A DNA stretch of 46,401 nt, taken from the NCBI GenBank assembly GCA_010093745.1, contig MU006040.1, forward strand, positions 1-46,401, in the 5' to 3' direction. Origin of the DNA: Piedraia hortae CBS 480.64 (lineage: Eukaryota). A program made the translations under genes and the position numbers. The notes beneath the pieces are model-generated. The model made no database searches. It had not been told where the DNA came from and was given only the letters and a program-made list of their open reading frames with translations. This document shows, piece by piece, positions 23,601-36,646 of this stretch; the stretch's first letter is position 1; the number at the start of each line of letters is the position of its first letter.

Positions 23601-24082
23601 GGCTGGACGACGTTCCCCCTTGGTCCGGCGACTGTGTGTCTGAGCGCATGCTCCTGAGCAGTAACCCAACCAGCGGTGCGGGCGTGACGCTCACGACTAC
23701 CAGAAGGCATACTTGGCGGGGTACGAGGGCGTAATGCAGGTTGGAGGGGTGTTGTTTGCAGAAGGGGATTTTCGGCCTCTCTTGGGACGTGCATTGTGGT
23801 GAGGCCCAACGCCTGGCCGCCCAGGGCAACAGCTGGTTGGTCAGGCAGTACATCAGGGGCCAGGGTATGAAACGTGCGTGGTTGGTTAGACTGTGCAGTC
23901 GAGGCCGGGGTAGAAGACGTGGGTTGGTAGTCATGCGGTATATTAGAAGCAGGGGTGTGAAACGTGGGTGGATCGCTGGCCGAATCACCGCCACTCGCTC
24001 TCGGCACCACGACAAATTCGCTTTCCTCGCCCTGAAACCTTTTATCGTCACCAGCCTCAAATGAAAATGGACGACGACTCAT
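20639..24082 (-). CDS. Large low-complexity hypothetical protein (~1131 aa, 2 exons) with internal repeats and a coiled coil
   Basis: A 48-nt intron 21949-21902 (GTGAGT..CTAAC..CAG) joins the 756-aa and 410-aa ORFs in frame; first ATG at 24082. Confidence 0.75.
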
Positions 24083-25966
24083 GGTGATAATGGCTATGAA
24101 TGCGTGTTTATCGTGACAATAGGATAGCCAATTTGATGAAAACCAGCGAAAAAATGTGTTGGAAAACGATGTGCTGGTTGTGGAAGCAACCGGGGTACAC
24201 ACGGCTTTAGTGAAGCTTTGGACTCAATGATGACTATAGCTAACTATGCAGGCAGGAGTAGTTACCATCAAGGCGACGTTTGTGTTATCAACTTCTCTTG
24301 CTTTCCTCCTTCCCAATCCGCCAACGTTGTATTAGTAATCTGTACCCACCCATCGACCACGCCCCATGGTGGCAACATTAAGGCTACCAATCAGGCCTTC
24401 TTGGTGAACACGGTCTGGGATGTGGTGTGATTGTACACAAGAGAGGACATCCGTCTGACCAAGGGATACAAGAAACGGGAATGAAGCATCAAACTCCGGC
24501 ATGGACAAGGTGTTGAATAAGAGTAATCATCAAACGCTAGAGAATACATGGACCCCTACCACATTCGACAGCCTAATCACGTTACCGGCCCTGTTCGTGC
24601 CTCTCAGATTGCAAGTCTTGCCCAAGACGACCGTGAAATCTTCAAACGAACTCTCCCGCCTCCAAAGCCTCATATGAATGTCCTTCTTTATCATCAACGC
24701 CGAATTACTGCTGGTTTGAACTGAAAACCCATTATGCTTCGATGCTTATCGAAAGCTTGCGTTAAACCAAAAATGCAACGACAGCTTTGAACTTGATTAC
24801 TCCCATAATTCATTAACCGGGTGCCACGCCGTTAACAGGCTGGAAGAAATGGAACGAAGCGTCTCGCACATTTTGAATCATCCTGGCCTGAGAGGTTTGG
24901 GTGTCTCACTTAGGAACAAGAATCTGGCAGACTCTGAGTTTTGAGGAATGGGACTGCGGGTGTTTTAAGCTGCGCCAGTATGACCAGGATACGCAAGCAA
25001 TGGAAAGACAACGTCTCTACGAAAACATCGGGGATGTATGAATGACATTGGCTAACTTCATGCCAAGAACGGCGCCAAGTTATCAAAGAAGACCAGCCCC
25101 GATTCACATCGTCTCGTCCCGCCTTATCTTGCGATCGATACCTTTGTCAAGCACGGATACCAACTGCTATCAGTGCACACTGGGCATATGTCTACGCCAC
25201 ACCCTCGTGCACCAAACGCTCCCCCAACGAGCCAAGAACCGCCACTGAACGAGAACTACGTTGCTCGAGTGCCCTCCATTGGACATAAGCATTGGATTGC
25301 TGCTTATCAAGCGTTACAGGGCGCGCAGTCACCATGCTTATCACCAAAGTTTGCGTTGCCGATTAACGAACCACCAAGCATTACGATTTGATCCGTGAAG
25401 CCCTTTCTTACCGCAGCCACATCGAAACGGCATTCGCCTGTGTTAAGCAACTCGACCACCGTGGAGCGCATCTCTTAGAGGCTGCTCCCCAAACCAAGAG
25501 ATGTGCTTGAGCCATGCAAGAACAAAGCAGTGGTGCCAAGGCTGATCCACGTTTTAGACTCTGAGACAGCTGGCAGAGAGCGGGCCGATCCGACCCAACG
25601 TCGAGTTGGCGCCGCTCGGCAGTTTCCGTCCTGGCGTGGAAACTATCATTGTCATCATTATGAAGGGGCAGAGCAGCCCGAAAGTGCTAGAGAGCCATCT
25701 TTACGTTGAAATCAATCAGATTTCTCGTTCCTTATACGGTAAACATTCACATTCACGCTTTGCATGATCTCGGTGTTGCAAGAAAGTTGAAGTTCTGAGA
25801 CCTAGGAGTCCCAATCACCCAGTCTATGGATACACTCAAAGACGGCGGCCCTCGTACTTCGCCTACGCTTGTTCACCTAACGACACAGCAGTGTCCAGCT
25901 TGTCAGGCCTAGTCAGATGGTGAACGACATCAATCACAAATCGCATCCACCCACAGACCCCGCCAC

Positions 25967-26497
25967 TCAAACATCCTTCACCTGATGCATCTTCCTTCTC
26001 GGTAACATCCACGGCGTTGGACAAATCACCTGCCTCGCAATCAGCACGTTTCCCTCCTCTACTCGACAATACCCACCTCCCCCTCAACATACGCCCACGC
26101 ATACACGGCAACACCAATGACATAATACAACGCCGCATTTGTGCCCTGATAAATGAGCGCTGCAGCAGTCGCACAGAGTGGCAACCAAGCGACTCTAGCT
26201 TCGATGCTCTGCTGCAGAGTCGTTCCAGCCACGAGACCAATCGGCCACTCATAGGCCAGAGTCACTAGCGCAAGCAAGAAGTTGACGATTTGGAGATAAG
26301 GGACAGGCTTCACGGCGCCATCGAGGTTTTTGGTAGAAAAGTCGAAGAGGATTTTGGGGAAGAAGAAGGCAAAGATTGATGCTAGGAGTTGGTCTGACAG
26401 GTTAGATTCGGGGATTCTTTGGGGGATGTAAAAACGGACAGGCTGCAGCTGTGAGGATTATCAACCGAGCTAGATGGTTCTTAATCAGGCGGCCCAT
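25967..26497 (-). CDS. noxD: NADPH oxidase small subunit NoxD/Pro41 (p22phox counterpart), 145 aa, 3 exons
   Basis: Exons 26497-26440, 26393-26077 and 26029-25967 give MGRLIKNHLARLIILTAA..YQ..FFPKILFDF.TKNLDGAVKPVPYLQ..EWP..YQGTNAALYY..WAYVEGEVICPTPWMLP. Confidence 0.9.
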
Positions 26498-26657
26498 CTC
26501 TGGACCATGATTGTTTGGTGGTGGTTATATATTCCAGGGTTAAGCGCCCGATCAGCCAATCACAGTGGCGTCGCATAAGGCGGGGTAGATTTACGCGCCG
26601 GGCGCCTTTTGCTCCTCGTCCCTTATGAGGGACAAGTAAAACGATGTCGCTGCACCC
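26498..26657. promoter_or_regulatory. Putative bidirectional promoter noxD/noxA (160 bp)
   Basis: Divergent ATGs; CCAAT box (AGCCAATCA, ~26554) and GGCGTCGC/ACGCG motifs. Confidence 0.6.
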
Positions 26658-28360
26658 ATGTCACCGTGGCTCCGGGCGCAGTTCACGGCGCGCAAGTCGC
26701 TCTTCTATCTCTGCTTCCACGGGCTTCACGTCGCAATCTTCATCCTGGGATGGTGGATCCAAGCATCTAACCGCCGCCTCGCGCCGCTGAACAGACTACA
26801 TTTCAGCATCTGGTTCTCGCGCGGAGCAGGCCTATGTCTCTCCGTTGACCTCTTACTCGTCCTCCTGCCGATGTGCAGGAACCTGATCCGAATCCTGCGT
26901 CCCAAACTCCGCTTTGTGCCCCTCGATGAGAACACGTATTTCCACCGCCAGGTCGCGTATAGCTTGCTCTTCTGGACCATCGTGCACGTATCGGCGCATT
27001 ATGTGAACTTTTTCAACATCGAGCGGTTACAGCTGAGGCCCAAAGCTGCCATTCAGATTCATTATATGTCTGCTGCTGGCATTACGGGACATGTAATGCT
27101 GCTGTGCATGTTACTGATTTATACGACGTCGCATGCAAAGGTGCGCCAGCAGAGTTTTGAGGCGTTTTGGTATACGCATCATTTGTTTATACCGTTCTTC
27201 CTGGCGGCGTATACCCATGCCACGGGGTGTTTTGTGCGCGACTCACCTGAGCCGTACGGTCCGTTTGAGGACGGTTTCTGGGCCCATTGCTTGGGGTATC
27301 AGGGCTGGAGGTGGGAACTCGTTGCTGGGATGCTGTATCTGGGCGAGAGGATATATAGGGAGATCAGGGCGAGACAGCCAACGAAGATTACGCAAGTGAT
27401 AAGACATCCACACGGTGAGTTCTATGTTGCTGTGCTGAGCGGATAGCTGATCGATAAGACGCCGTGGAGATCAAATTCACGAAGCCCAGTCTGCGCTACA
27501 AACCAGGTCAGTGGGTGTTTATCAACGTCCCTTCGGTCAGCAAGACACAATGGCATCCTTTCACCATTACTTCCTGCCCCATCGATCCGTACATCTCCAT
27601 CCACATTCGACCAGTGGGCGATTTCACCAGAGCTCTCGCATCCGCGCTTGGGGCGGGAGAGGAGCAAAAAGCATTTTACGAAGAGCTCGACCCAAACGGC
27701 ATGTACGAAGTCACACCCGCAGCGGGTGAGACCTTCCCAGCCTTGAGAATCGACGGACCCTACGGCGCCCCAGCCGAAGACGTATTCAACAACGAAGTCG
27801 CCGTCTTAATCGGCACCGGAATCGGGGTCACGCCGTGGGCGAGCATCCTCAAAAACATCTGGCACATGCGTCTCGCCCCGGGCAACACAACGCCACGACT
27901 CCGACGAGTAGAATTCATCTGGGTCTGCCGTAACCGCTATTCATTCGAATGGCTCCAAGCCCTTTTGTCCTCTCTCGAAGAGCAAAGCCTCGCCTTGACG
28001 GGCGACAGCGGCGAGCACGGCGAGACGGAATTCCTCCGCATCCATACCTACCTCACCGAAAAAATGAACGCCGACGCAGCCCAAGGCGTAGTCATGGACT
28101 CCGTCGGCGCGACACGCGACCCCTTAACCGAACTATCGAGCCGCACCAACTTCGGCCGCCCCAACTTCGAACGTCTACTAACCGGCATGAGCGAAGGCAT
28201 CCTCAACCAGACCTACATCCCCGGCCTCGCGCGCGGCAAAGAAACCCGCGTGGGGGTCTACTTCTGCGGTCCCAATTCCGCGGCAAGGGATATCAAAGCA
28301 GCATGTATCCGCGCCAGTTCAGAAAAAGTTAGATTTCGCTTCTGGAAGGAGCATTTTTAG
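26658..28360 (+). CDS. noxA: NADPH oxidase catalytic subunit NoxA/Nox1, 552 aa, 2 exons
   Basis: Intron 27415-27458. Heme His in FHRQVAY..HVSAHY and FWYTHHLF..HATGC; HPFTITS; IDGPYGAP; GTGIGVTPW; VYFCGP; C-terminal FWKEHF; no NoxB-type N-terminal extension. Confidence 0.95.
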
Positions 28361-28371
28361 TTTACAGTCTT

Positions 28372-28733
28372 TTAGCCCATTGCACCGCCTTTCCCGCCCA
28401 TTGCTGCGCCTTGCATTTTTTCAGAGACCTTGAGGTTGACTTCGAAGAATTTACCCGCGCAACGATCTAGACAGACGCTCTCGCCTTTGTTGAGCTCGCC
28501 TTCGCGGTAGGTCGGCGAGATGCATTTGCGGGAGCAGGTTTCTGTTAACCTGAGCGTGTTAGCTTGCAGGGGAGGGGGGGGGGGAGGGAGAGGGGGGAGG
28601 AATCGGTACGGGAGAGAGGGGGGGACGCGTACTGGGTAAACATGTGGCTGACCATTTGAATTTCTGCTTCGACGGCGGCGATTTTCTCGGCCGAGGACGG
28701 TTGAGGACGTCCGCCAAAGCCGAAGAGGGACAT
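28372..28733 (-). CDS. TIM10: Mitochondrial small Tim chaperone Tim10, 92 aa, 2 exons
   Basis: Intron 28632-28550; twin CX3C in [26 protein letters not shown]. Confidence 0.93.
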
Positions 28734-28830
28734 TATGTGAGGTGTTGGTTGTTCCGCACGGCGCGGAGTGATGTTCGTGACCGCGTGTGTAAGGAATTGT
28801 AAGTAACTGTGATTTACGGTAACATATACC

Positions 28831-30490
28831 CTACAGACGGACGGTGATATTGTAATGGTCTAGCGCGAGTCCCGCGCCGAACAAGACGGCCATGTAGGTC
28901 GTCAGGATGGCCATGGCGGCGGTATCACCCGTATACCACGTTGGGATGGCAATGTTGATGCCGCCCGTCATGAGGTTTGCGAGCAGAAAGAGCACCAAGC
29001 CGTTTCGGTTGAAGACGTGCATGGCCCTGCTTGTCGCCTCATTGCATTTCTTCTTTTCGGAAGTGCCCTTGTAGATGTTGGGGAACATGACGCGCTCGAT
29101 GGCGCAGAAGAGCAGCAGCATGGCCGTGTTGAACGAACATGTCCAGCAAACGTATGCCAAGTTGGCCATGCGTCTGGATACGAATAGTCGCGGTCCATAC
29201 CGCCACATGGCCCAGACTGATGCCACGAACCAGAGGCCAGCTGACAGCGCCAACATGCCCAGCGATGTCTGTGGCAGTTCAGGCCTTAGCGGCTTAGGCT
29301 GGTCTGTCCACGACTTGGCAATCGGGTTTGCCGTCGATTTTTGCTCAGAAGCGTTCAGAACAGTAGCTAGCCAATCCGAGTCTTCATCAAGAGGGTCCTT
29401 TTCCTTTGCTTTCAGCCGTATCTCCTCAGGCGAAGGGTCTCGAGGAAGGATACACTGTCCTATCCCCATCCCAGCAAGGAAGATGGCGAGATATCCCACA
29501 AACGAGAACACGCCCTCCCTGTTCTGCGAGATGAAATCCCCCGTCTTCCTTTCCGAGAGGATAATATAAGCCTTGAGCTCAAACACATCAAGCGAGACCT
29601 CGTACGCCACCGCCAGCAAGAACGCGAAGACGTTGTAGAACTTGATCACCCTCAGCAGCGGAGCCAGCAACGCCACAACAGGGGGCAGCAAAGCAAGGGT
29701 GAAGAAGAAATTCCAATGCACCCCATACTCGCTCACATGCTCGGCATAATCCAGGCCCTTGACCGAGTAAAGCCTTACGAGACCTAGGATAGCCAGCACC
29801 AACGAGCTGCGCACAGCCTCTCCCAACCCCCTCACAAAAGACATCCTTCTCTTCAAATCTCTCCTCGCAGCCACAACCCCCGCGGCGAACACAAACGAAC
29901 CCACCCCCAGATCCATCAACGACGTCCCAAACGACTCCGTCTTCGCAAACCTTCGCGGGAACACCGGAAAGTCCACCGCCAGTATGCTGCTGCACGTAAT
30001 AATCATCATCGCGCCGCGGTACATTGTAATGAACGGCTTAATTGGCAGTGCATCCTTCCCCTTTCCCTCCTCCCCTCTACCCTGCGTGACCTGTGCACCC
30101 TGCGAAGCATGCCTCCTCTGAGCGTTATTCCCCCCCTCCGGCGGCTGCAAATACGTCGCGAGCGCAGGCAGGAGCAGAATTCCCAGCAGAACCTGCGGCG
30201 AGGAAGAGTAGACTGTCGTCGCGAACAGGATCGCGCAGCAGTTTAGCAGGAAATCCGTCACTGCTGCGGGCGTGGTGTATGGTGTAAAAAATCGCTGTCG
30301 CGTCTGTAGAACGGACCATAGAAAGGCTGCTGCCTAGGGATATTTTGAGTATTGGAATTTAGGGAGGGATATGTATGGTTTTTGGTTGGCTACGTACGGG
30401 TGCGATTACGGTTACGAAGTTGATTTCCCAGATTCCGCCGCCGGAGAGGTGCGATACCGAGGCGATCTTTTCGGATTTGTAGTCTGACAT
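28831..30490 (-). CDS. GWT1: GPI inositol acyltransferase Gwt1 (PIG-W), 531 aa, 2 exons
   Basis: Intron 30397-30334; ILAVDFPVFPRRFAK.E.FGTSLMDLGVGSFVF, EHVSEYGVHWNFFFTL, QNREG and VSRRMANLAY motifs. Confidence 0.95.
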
Positions 30491-33400
30491 GGCGCTGTGT
30501 TGATTGGGGCGCGTCGCGGGGAGTTTTTTGGGGGGAGGGGATTACGTCATGGGTGGACGACTTCAGGGGTGAGATGGGTGGCCTTTTTGGGGTTGGGTGT
30601 ATTGATGGGCGAGTGAGAGTCTTGATGGGCGAGATTGCTGGGATTGTGCAACGGGAGATGCTGCCTCATTCTCACAAACGTCTCGATACATGATCGTCTT
30701 GGCGAAATTTGAACTCACCGGAGAACGTGACAATTCGCATACAAATGTGCGGACAGTGGTAGAGCAATGGGCAAGGTGATAACAATGAGTCGGTGTTGAA
30801 CCGTATGATCCCTTACTCACCTGCCAAACAAAGCTGGAGACTCGCCGATCATCCAAGATCTGGCCATGTTCCAGCTCGCACCGTCTGATCTCCTTCATCG
30901 AGTCGATATCAGGCCATGGATTCCTTTCCTCTTTCAATCACTCGATAACACTTTCACACGATACCCATTTTGAAGCCGTGATACTGAGCCAAGAACTCGA
31001 ACCTGAATGGCTCAGTGTCACGGAACCAATCCACCCTCTACACCTCACATCTTTCCTGTCCACAGTTTCTCTCTAGGGTACAACACAGTTGTAAGACCAG
31101 TAGTGTCCAGTCCAGTCCTACCGCGATGCTCAGCTGTTCACACTTGAGCCCGAGCTGAAAACCCACCACGTCTTGGACGGCAATTGCGACACTCCAATGA
31201 ACCAAGTGAGGAAGATTCCGCCTTCGTGAAAGAGCGCAAGTCTGAATTACTTGCGGTAAACATTTCGGTAAAGTCTCTGAACAATCTATGCTAGTCCTCG
31301 CAAAACTCAGCATGGATCGACCCAAAGAGCCCACTGCTTGAGAATTCCAGCCTATTGGTGGGGGCCAGATGTATCTCGCTACCAGTCCGCCAAAGTAAAT
31401 GGAGATAAAACGATCGAAAAATTTATAGACAGTGGTCTTGTTGTTCACATTCTACTGAACCGTGTCCTCGTTTATCCGGCTGATTACGTCCGTCAATGGG
31501 CGCAGTGCCGTGGTTGTCCGCTAAAAACGCCTCAAACAAGAAGGAAAATCCTAAGCTTACCACTCTAAAATCCTCCTAAAAGCTACTTCGAGACATAAAT
31601 CGCCGGAGTTGATGTGACCTTGCGCCCGGAACAATGTTGCTTCAAACCATTCGCCATCCAAATCTGTCACAGTTGTTCGGATGCTAATGCTTCTTGCCAT
31701 GCTCAGAGCCGAGGAAAATTAGGGAAAACAGCATAACGGCTAAGGACTTGCCGTCGTTCCTTCGCCGTCCTTGATCATCATTTTTCCAGGTGCTGTCAAT
31801 ACCTCCCTTGAACGCTTATGGTTCGGAAAAATAACCCTTATCCAATCGCAGTTGCTCGACTCAATCCAGCAGAGTACCAGAAACGTTTTCCGCGACGTGA
31901 AAAGTCTTCGTCCCACTTCCTCCCCGACGCTGCGCTCCCAATAAACCAATGCGCGTGGACGAGCAGTTTGTGTAGTCTAGCTGTGATTCACAGCTTCGGG
32001 CCCAGATGAGCTGGGCGGTAACCCTGTCCTTTCGGGAATCTTCTCCTCGCACCCGGGAGCATAGGATCTTAAGAACGAAGCACAACGTGTCTGAAACCCC
32101 ACGCTGGCCGGAATTCTTGAATGGCTTTAAAAGCCGTGACGTTTCACGGAGCTCCTGATATAGTAACTTCCCTGCTTCATTGTGTAGATTGAAAGAAAGC
32201 TTAACCTGCTAAATAAGTGGTCGAGTGGGAAGCTGGCTTCTTAGTGGAACTATTGGCTTAAGTGGATGGAACTTCGGGGATGAGGAAATACGAAAGCATT
32301 CCTCGCTGGAATGTGTTGATGGGTTTGGCCAACGTTGGTGATAATGGGCGGACTACGAGAGGACTTCTCGCTGGTTATTGCTTCTAGGGCTGATGGGCAT
32401 GGACAACGCTGGTTAGCTAGGCCCTATTTGCGTTGAATCGATATTCATGGGATGATGGAATGAATGTGTACGGTGCGGAGGACTGCTGCTATACGATCTT
32501 GGGACGCTTTTGTGCGGAGGTTGGGCAGGCTGGAAGAGGTAAGGGAAATCCTGACGCCAATACCAACGGCTCATTTGGGTTGTAAATCGACATCTCTACT
32601 CTCGCTCTGTCGTTCGTAAAAGGGCGCATGGGGAAGGAAATGCAAAAGAAACCGGGCATTCCACAGACTTTGACGATAGATCAGAGAAGTGGCGAAAATG
32701 CTACTACGACGGCTAACCGACCAAGGTCAAACATCCCCAGGAGCCCTGCAGGGATTCCTGTTGAGTGAAGTTGCCATATCTTGACGTGGTGGCGGTCAGA
32801 GGTCCCGTCACTTCCGCTTAGAGAGCTTGCCCAAGTGGCTTATGAAACGAATTCTCTCAACCTCGGGGCATAGCAGTTGACACAGATCATGCGCTGCTTT
32901 CAATAGATTTGCTGTGGAATCTGCTCATGAAATGAGGACTTCATCCCTGGTCAAGCTTTGTTTGGTGAATGTGTTGCTCACAATGTTTTTGACTGAAAGT
33001 TGAACTGCTTGCATTCTCGTAACATAAACTTGTCGTTTAGAAAATCATTTGCGGTTTGCATGATTTGATGAAAGTTCAGCGATGTATTCGATCAGTGGAG
33101 AGAGGAAGACGGCGCTCAAGGGCAACGAATCATGGACTTGGTCTGCTGTCCAATGATCTTCAGCTTTGTGCGACGATCGCTGCAATTAGATTGGAGGTGC
33201 AAGTAGAGTCGCAATTCAAGCTGACGGATTGATCATGTGTCGTGTGCTTTTGTCGGATATATCGAGAGGTTCGCTATATGCCCGTGCTACAGGCTTGTGA
33301 AGATATGTTTTGTGGACCCGGCGGCTGGCTCTTTGAATGTCTGTTTTGCTTTGCATTATCAAACACAGAAGCAATTCCTGCTAATCAGATCCATGACCGT

Positions 33401-35358
33401 GTAGGTTGAGATTACGTATCAATCCTGTCCGTTTGGTTTGCAAAGATTTTCAAGAGCTTGATGGGCTTCCAGCAGAGGCCATTTCTTCACGTCTCTCGCG
33501 AAGAAGTAAATGCACAAACTTCTCGACTGTTAGGGACGTGAGTAAAGTCTGTTCGCACCGACTCTTAGTCAGACTTAGAGATAAGCATATTCATTCTCCA
33601 CTACTCATTCAGTCGAACACGCGTATCTCAACTTGTACTTCGGTGAGAGTACCACATTCCAAGCAGCTGAGTCTCTGGTTTTGCGTTTTAAATATGAATT
33701 TATCGTGGACTGATCACTTTTTTTGTCTTGACGATGTAACCGAGTCATTGCAGAACCCTTTGTTGGTTTCACGGCTTGAGTGAGCAATCCCCCTGCTACC
33801 TGTGCGGCGGTGTTCCAGTTTGCGCTGACTAAAGGCTCGTAAGAGGTATACAGTCTGTCTGCGATTATTTCTATGGAAAAGGTTAAGCATATACCCCTCT
33901 AACATGATATGGCGTGTACAAAACATTCTTGACGTCTTGGCCCACATTCGCAATCCCGCCAAGCCGCTGAACACTGCTGCACGCGTTTGCAATGCTCATC
34001 CCGCATACAACTAACCAGCCGAGCGTCAATATCGTTGGAGCAACTGCGCGGCGTCAAGCGCTCTCCTCTGCCACGATTCTGCGCAGGCGCAAAGCTGGTG
34101 TTATGGTCCGGCGGAACGGGGCCACTCCAAGCCGATAAGACTTGGCCCCTGCGCGTTGGTCGTGCTCTTCTTGTTTTTAGTTCCTTTCTTTACCCCATTC
34201 TGCAGGCGTATCGGCTTTGTCTTTTGGGACGTTCACCTTGTCCCCGGCACACGACCCAACTAATAGCTGGGTGCTCGCCTTTGGCTTCTTCAGCGACCAG
34301 AAAGCACCGTCACCGATTCTCAGCTGTTTCTTGATGTTTCCGTCCCATTCATAGCGCGCACGTCGACACACCGCCGCGCAGAGAATCTTTATTGGGCATC
34401 CTGTGTCGGTCTGCTCTTGCGTTTTCCGTCCAACACAGACCTGTTGCTGTCCCCGTCGTCGCACCATATCCGTGGTAGACGCCTATCTCATAGTCTCTTC
34501 AGCGAGTCAGCCTAATTAACAGTGTCTTCGTCGCGGGGCCATTCCCTCTGTTGGACGGGCAGACAGCTCGGGAGTGCTGTGACGGCTATGTTCTGTTTGT
34601 AATGGGTTCTAACGGACCGAAGCGGCTGATGAGCTTCGTAAGTGGACGTTGGAATCGATGCAGTCAAAGTAAGGTGCTGAGGGGGAGCGGCTATGGATGT
34701 CATTAGCACGGGGACAAAGTTGTGGTATTGTAGCTTGCACGGTATTGACGGAGCGCGCAGAGGATGAGAATGACGCTGACCGCGAAAGACGCAGATGATG
34801 TCGGTGGACATTGCGATCACTACCAGCTGAGCGGGGTGCATGATGACGGTGATTGTCGGTATTGAGGGCAATAGATACAAATGGGCGACAAAAAGTAACA
34901 AGTTCTGTGAATTGTCTTCAAATCAAGCCAGGCCACTCCATGTTTGACACACTTAATGCTTTAAAATAATGAAGCTCGTCTAGTTAAAATCACCACCAGA
35001 ACATTCTCAAAAGCCCATCCAGAAATCTTCCAAACTCCTCATTTATCTTGTAGTCTGTCCAAAGGAAGTCTAGCGCGTTGAACCCTGATTCCGAGGAGCT
35101 AATAATTGCCTCATTTGCCAAACACACAATCGAATTTTTCTGCGTAACGCCTCGATCAAACGTCGCCAAAATCATCATTTCGTTTGCCAACACCCATTGT
35201 TCAACATCATTCACGACGAACCATTATAGTATTCCGTGTTATGTCAAAGAAAGGGCTGCAATCACTGCTTCCTCCTCAAGAGAGCCCCAACAACGCAGCA
35301 CATCAAATTTCTTTGCTAACTCTATCCAGCAGATCGAGGCGAGTAATTCTTATCCCCA

Positions 35359-36646
35359 ATGCCCGACACCACGGCGGAGGACGAGACAGCGGTAAGTGGC
35401 TGAGATTGGCGAGAAATTCGCATGCTAACGCATCTAGCCCGAAGGTCGTCATTCAATCGGAGGTGAACAGGACCCATCCTTCACAGGCTATGAATACCAC
35501 CTACCTCAGACGTTTTCTGTCTCAGTGGGGACAAGAGTCTACCCATCATATATCCCAGTTCCGATCAACCGCGGCACGGCGGCATCACTTTCTTCCAGGG
35601 AAGCGCCTAGTACGGTCACGCCGGCTAATCCGGGCCGGCGGTACTACAATGCATACCGTGCAGAGCTGCAGAATGAGCATGATCGGAGCCGCGCCGATTA
35701 TGAACCCGACTACTCCCCTCTTGCCGTGGACACCGCCCAGATGGCGTATAGCTCGGAAGAAGATTCGTCACCGGTTGGCGGGCCTTTAAGTCACGGACAA
35801 TGGCCATTGCGCAGCTCTAGCTCATTTGGGAACGAGGTGGCGCCATCACGAGCATCTGCAAGGCTGCCGACAATCTACAGCCAGACGACTCTGGAGGCGG
35901 AGGACTTCGAGCCTTCTACTAGCTCGGCACCAGCGGCGTCAGGAGCACCAGATCCTGCTCCTGACATGGACACGCGACCAATGAGCAGCAAGCCAATGCC
36001 GCCGGTGGAGACGACCTCGGCTCCCGCCCAGCGCAGCACAGCTCCTAGTCCGCCTGCCATGCCTTCATCACGTCCGCAGTCGGCGAGTACAAACACTGAC
36101 GGGCCTCAAGCCACTGGCTCGCGCGGGCAAAAACGGAACTTTTGGAGGCGGCTGCTGAGAAGAAGGGACCGAAACGAGCAGGAGTCGGCTGCTCCGATAA
36201 TCACGCACCTGGGAGGCGGCTGGGTGGGCGGTCACGGAGAGCCGCCCTCGACAATCCCGGTGGACCAGGAGCGTCTCGTCAGGGAGCTCCTCTCCCAAGG
36301 GGCGGCTTATCCCAGCCGTGCCACGCTGTCTCATCATCGCTCAATGCCGGGCCCTAGCACGCTTCAAGCTCCACACACCGGTACGGGTGTGCTTCGGAGC
36401 GCCCGATCTGAGGCAGACATTCCACGGGAGCCCGAGCCCTCCCTTCCGACAAGTCAGCGTCTGCTAGCAGAACGCACCGCGCTTGCATTTGGTGGTCTGG
36501 AGAGGCAGCTGATCGATTTTCGCAGGGAAATGGAAGGCATCCTCATCCAACTTTGCGAAAGGTTCACTCAAAGGTCTGAACAACTCGTGGTCGCCTGCCA
36601 TCGGGAGCACGAAGCCTTTCTCAAACAAGCTGGGCCGCGCACATAA
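35359..36646 (+). CDS. Hypothetical Ser/Pro-rich protein, ~413 aa, 2 exons
   Basis: ATG at 35359; intron 35392-35437 (GTAAGT..GCTAAC..TAG) splices in frame to the 373-aa ORF. Confidence 0.7.
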
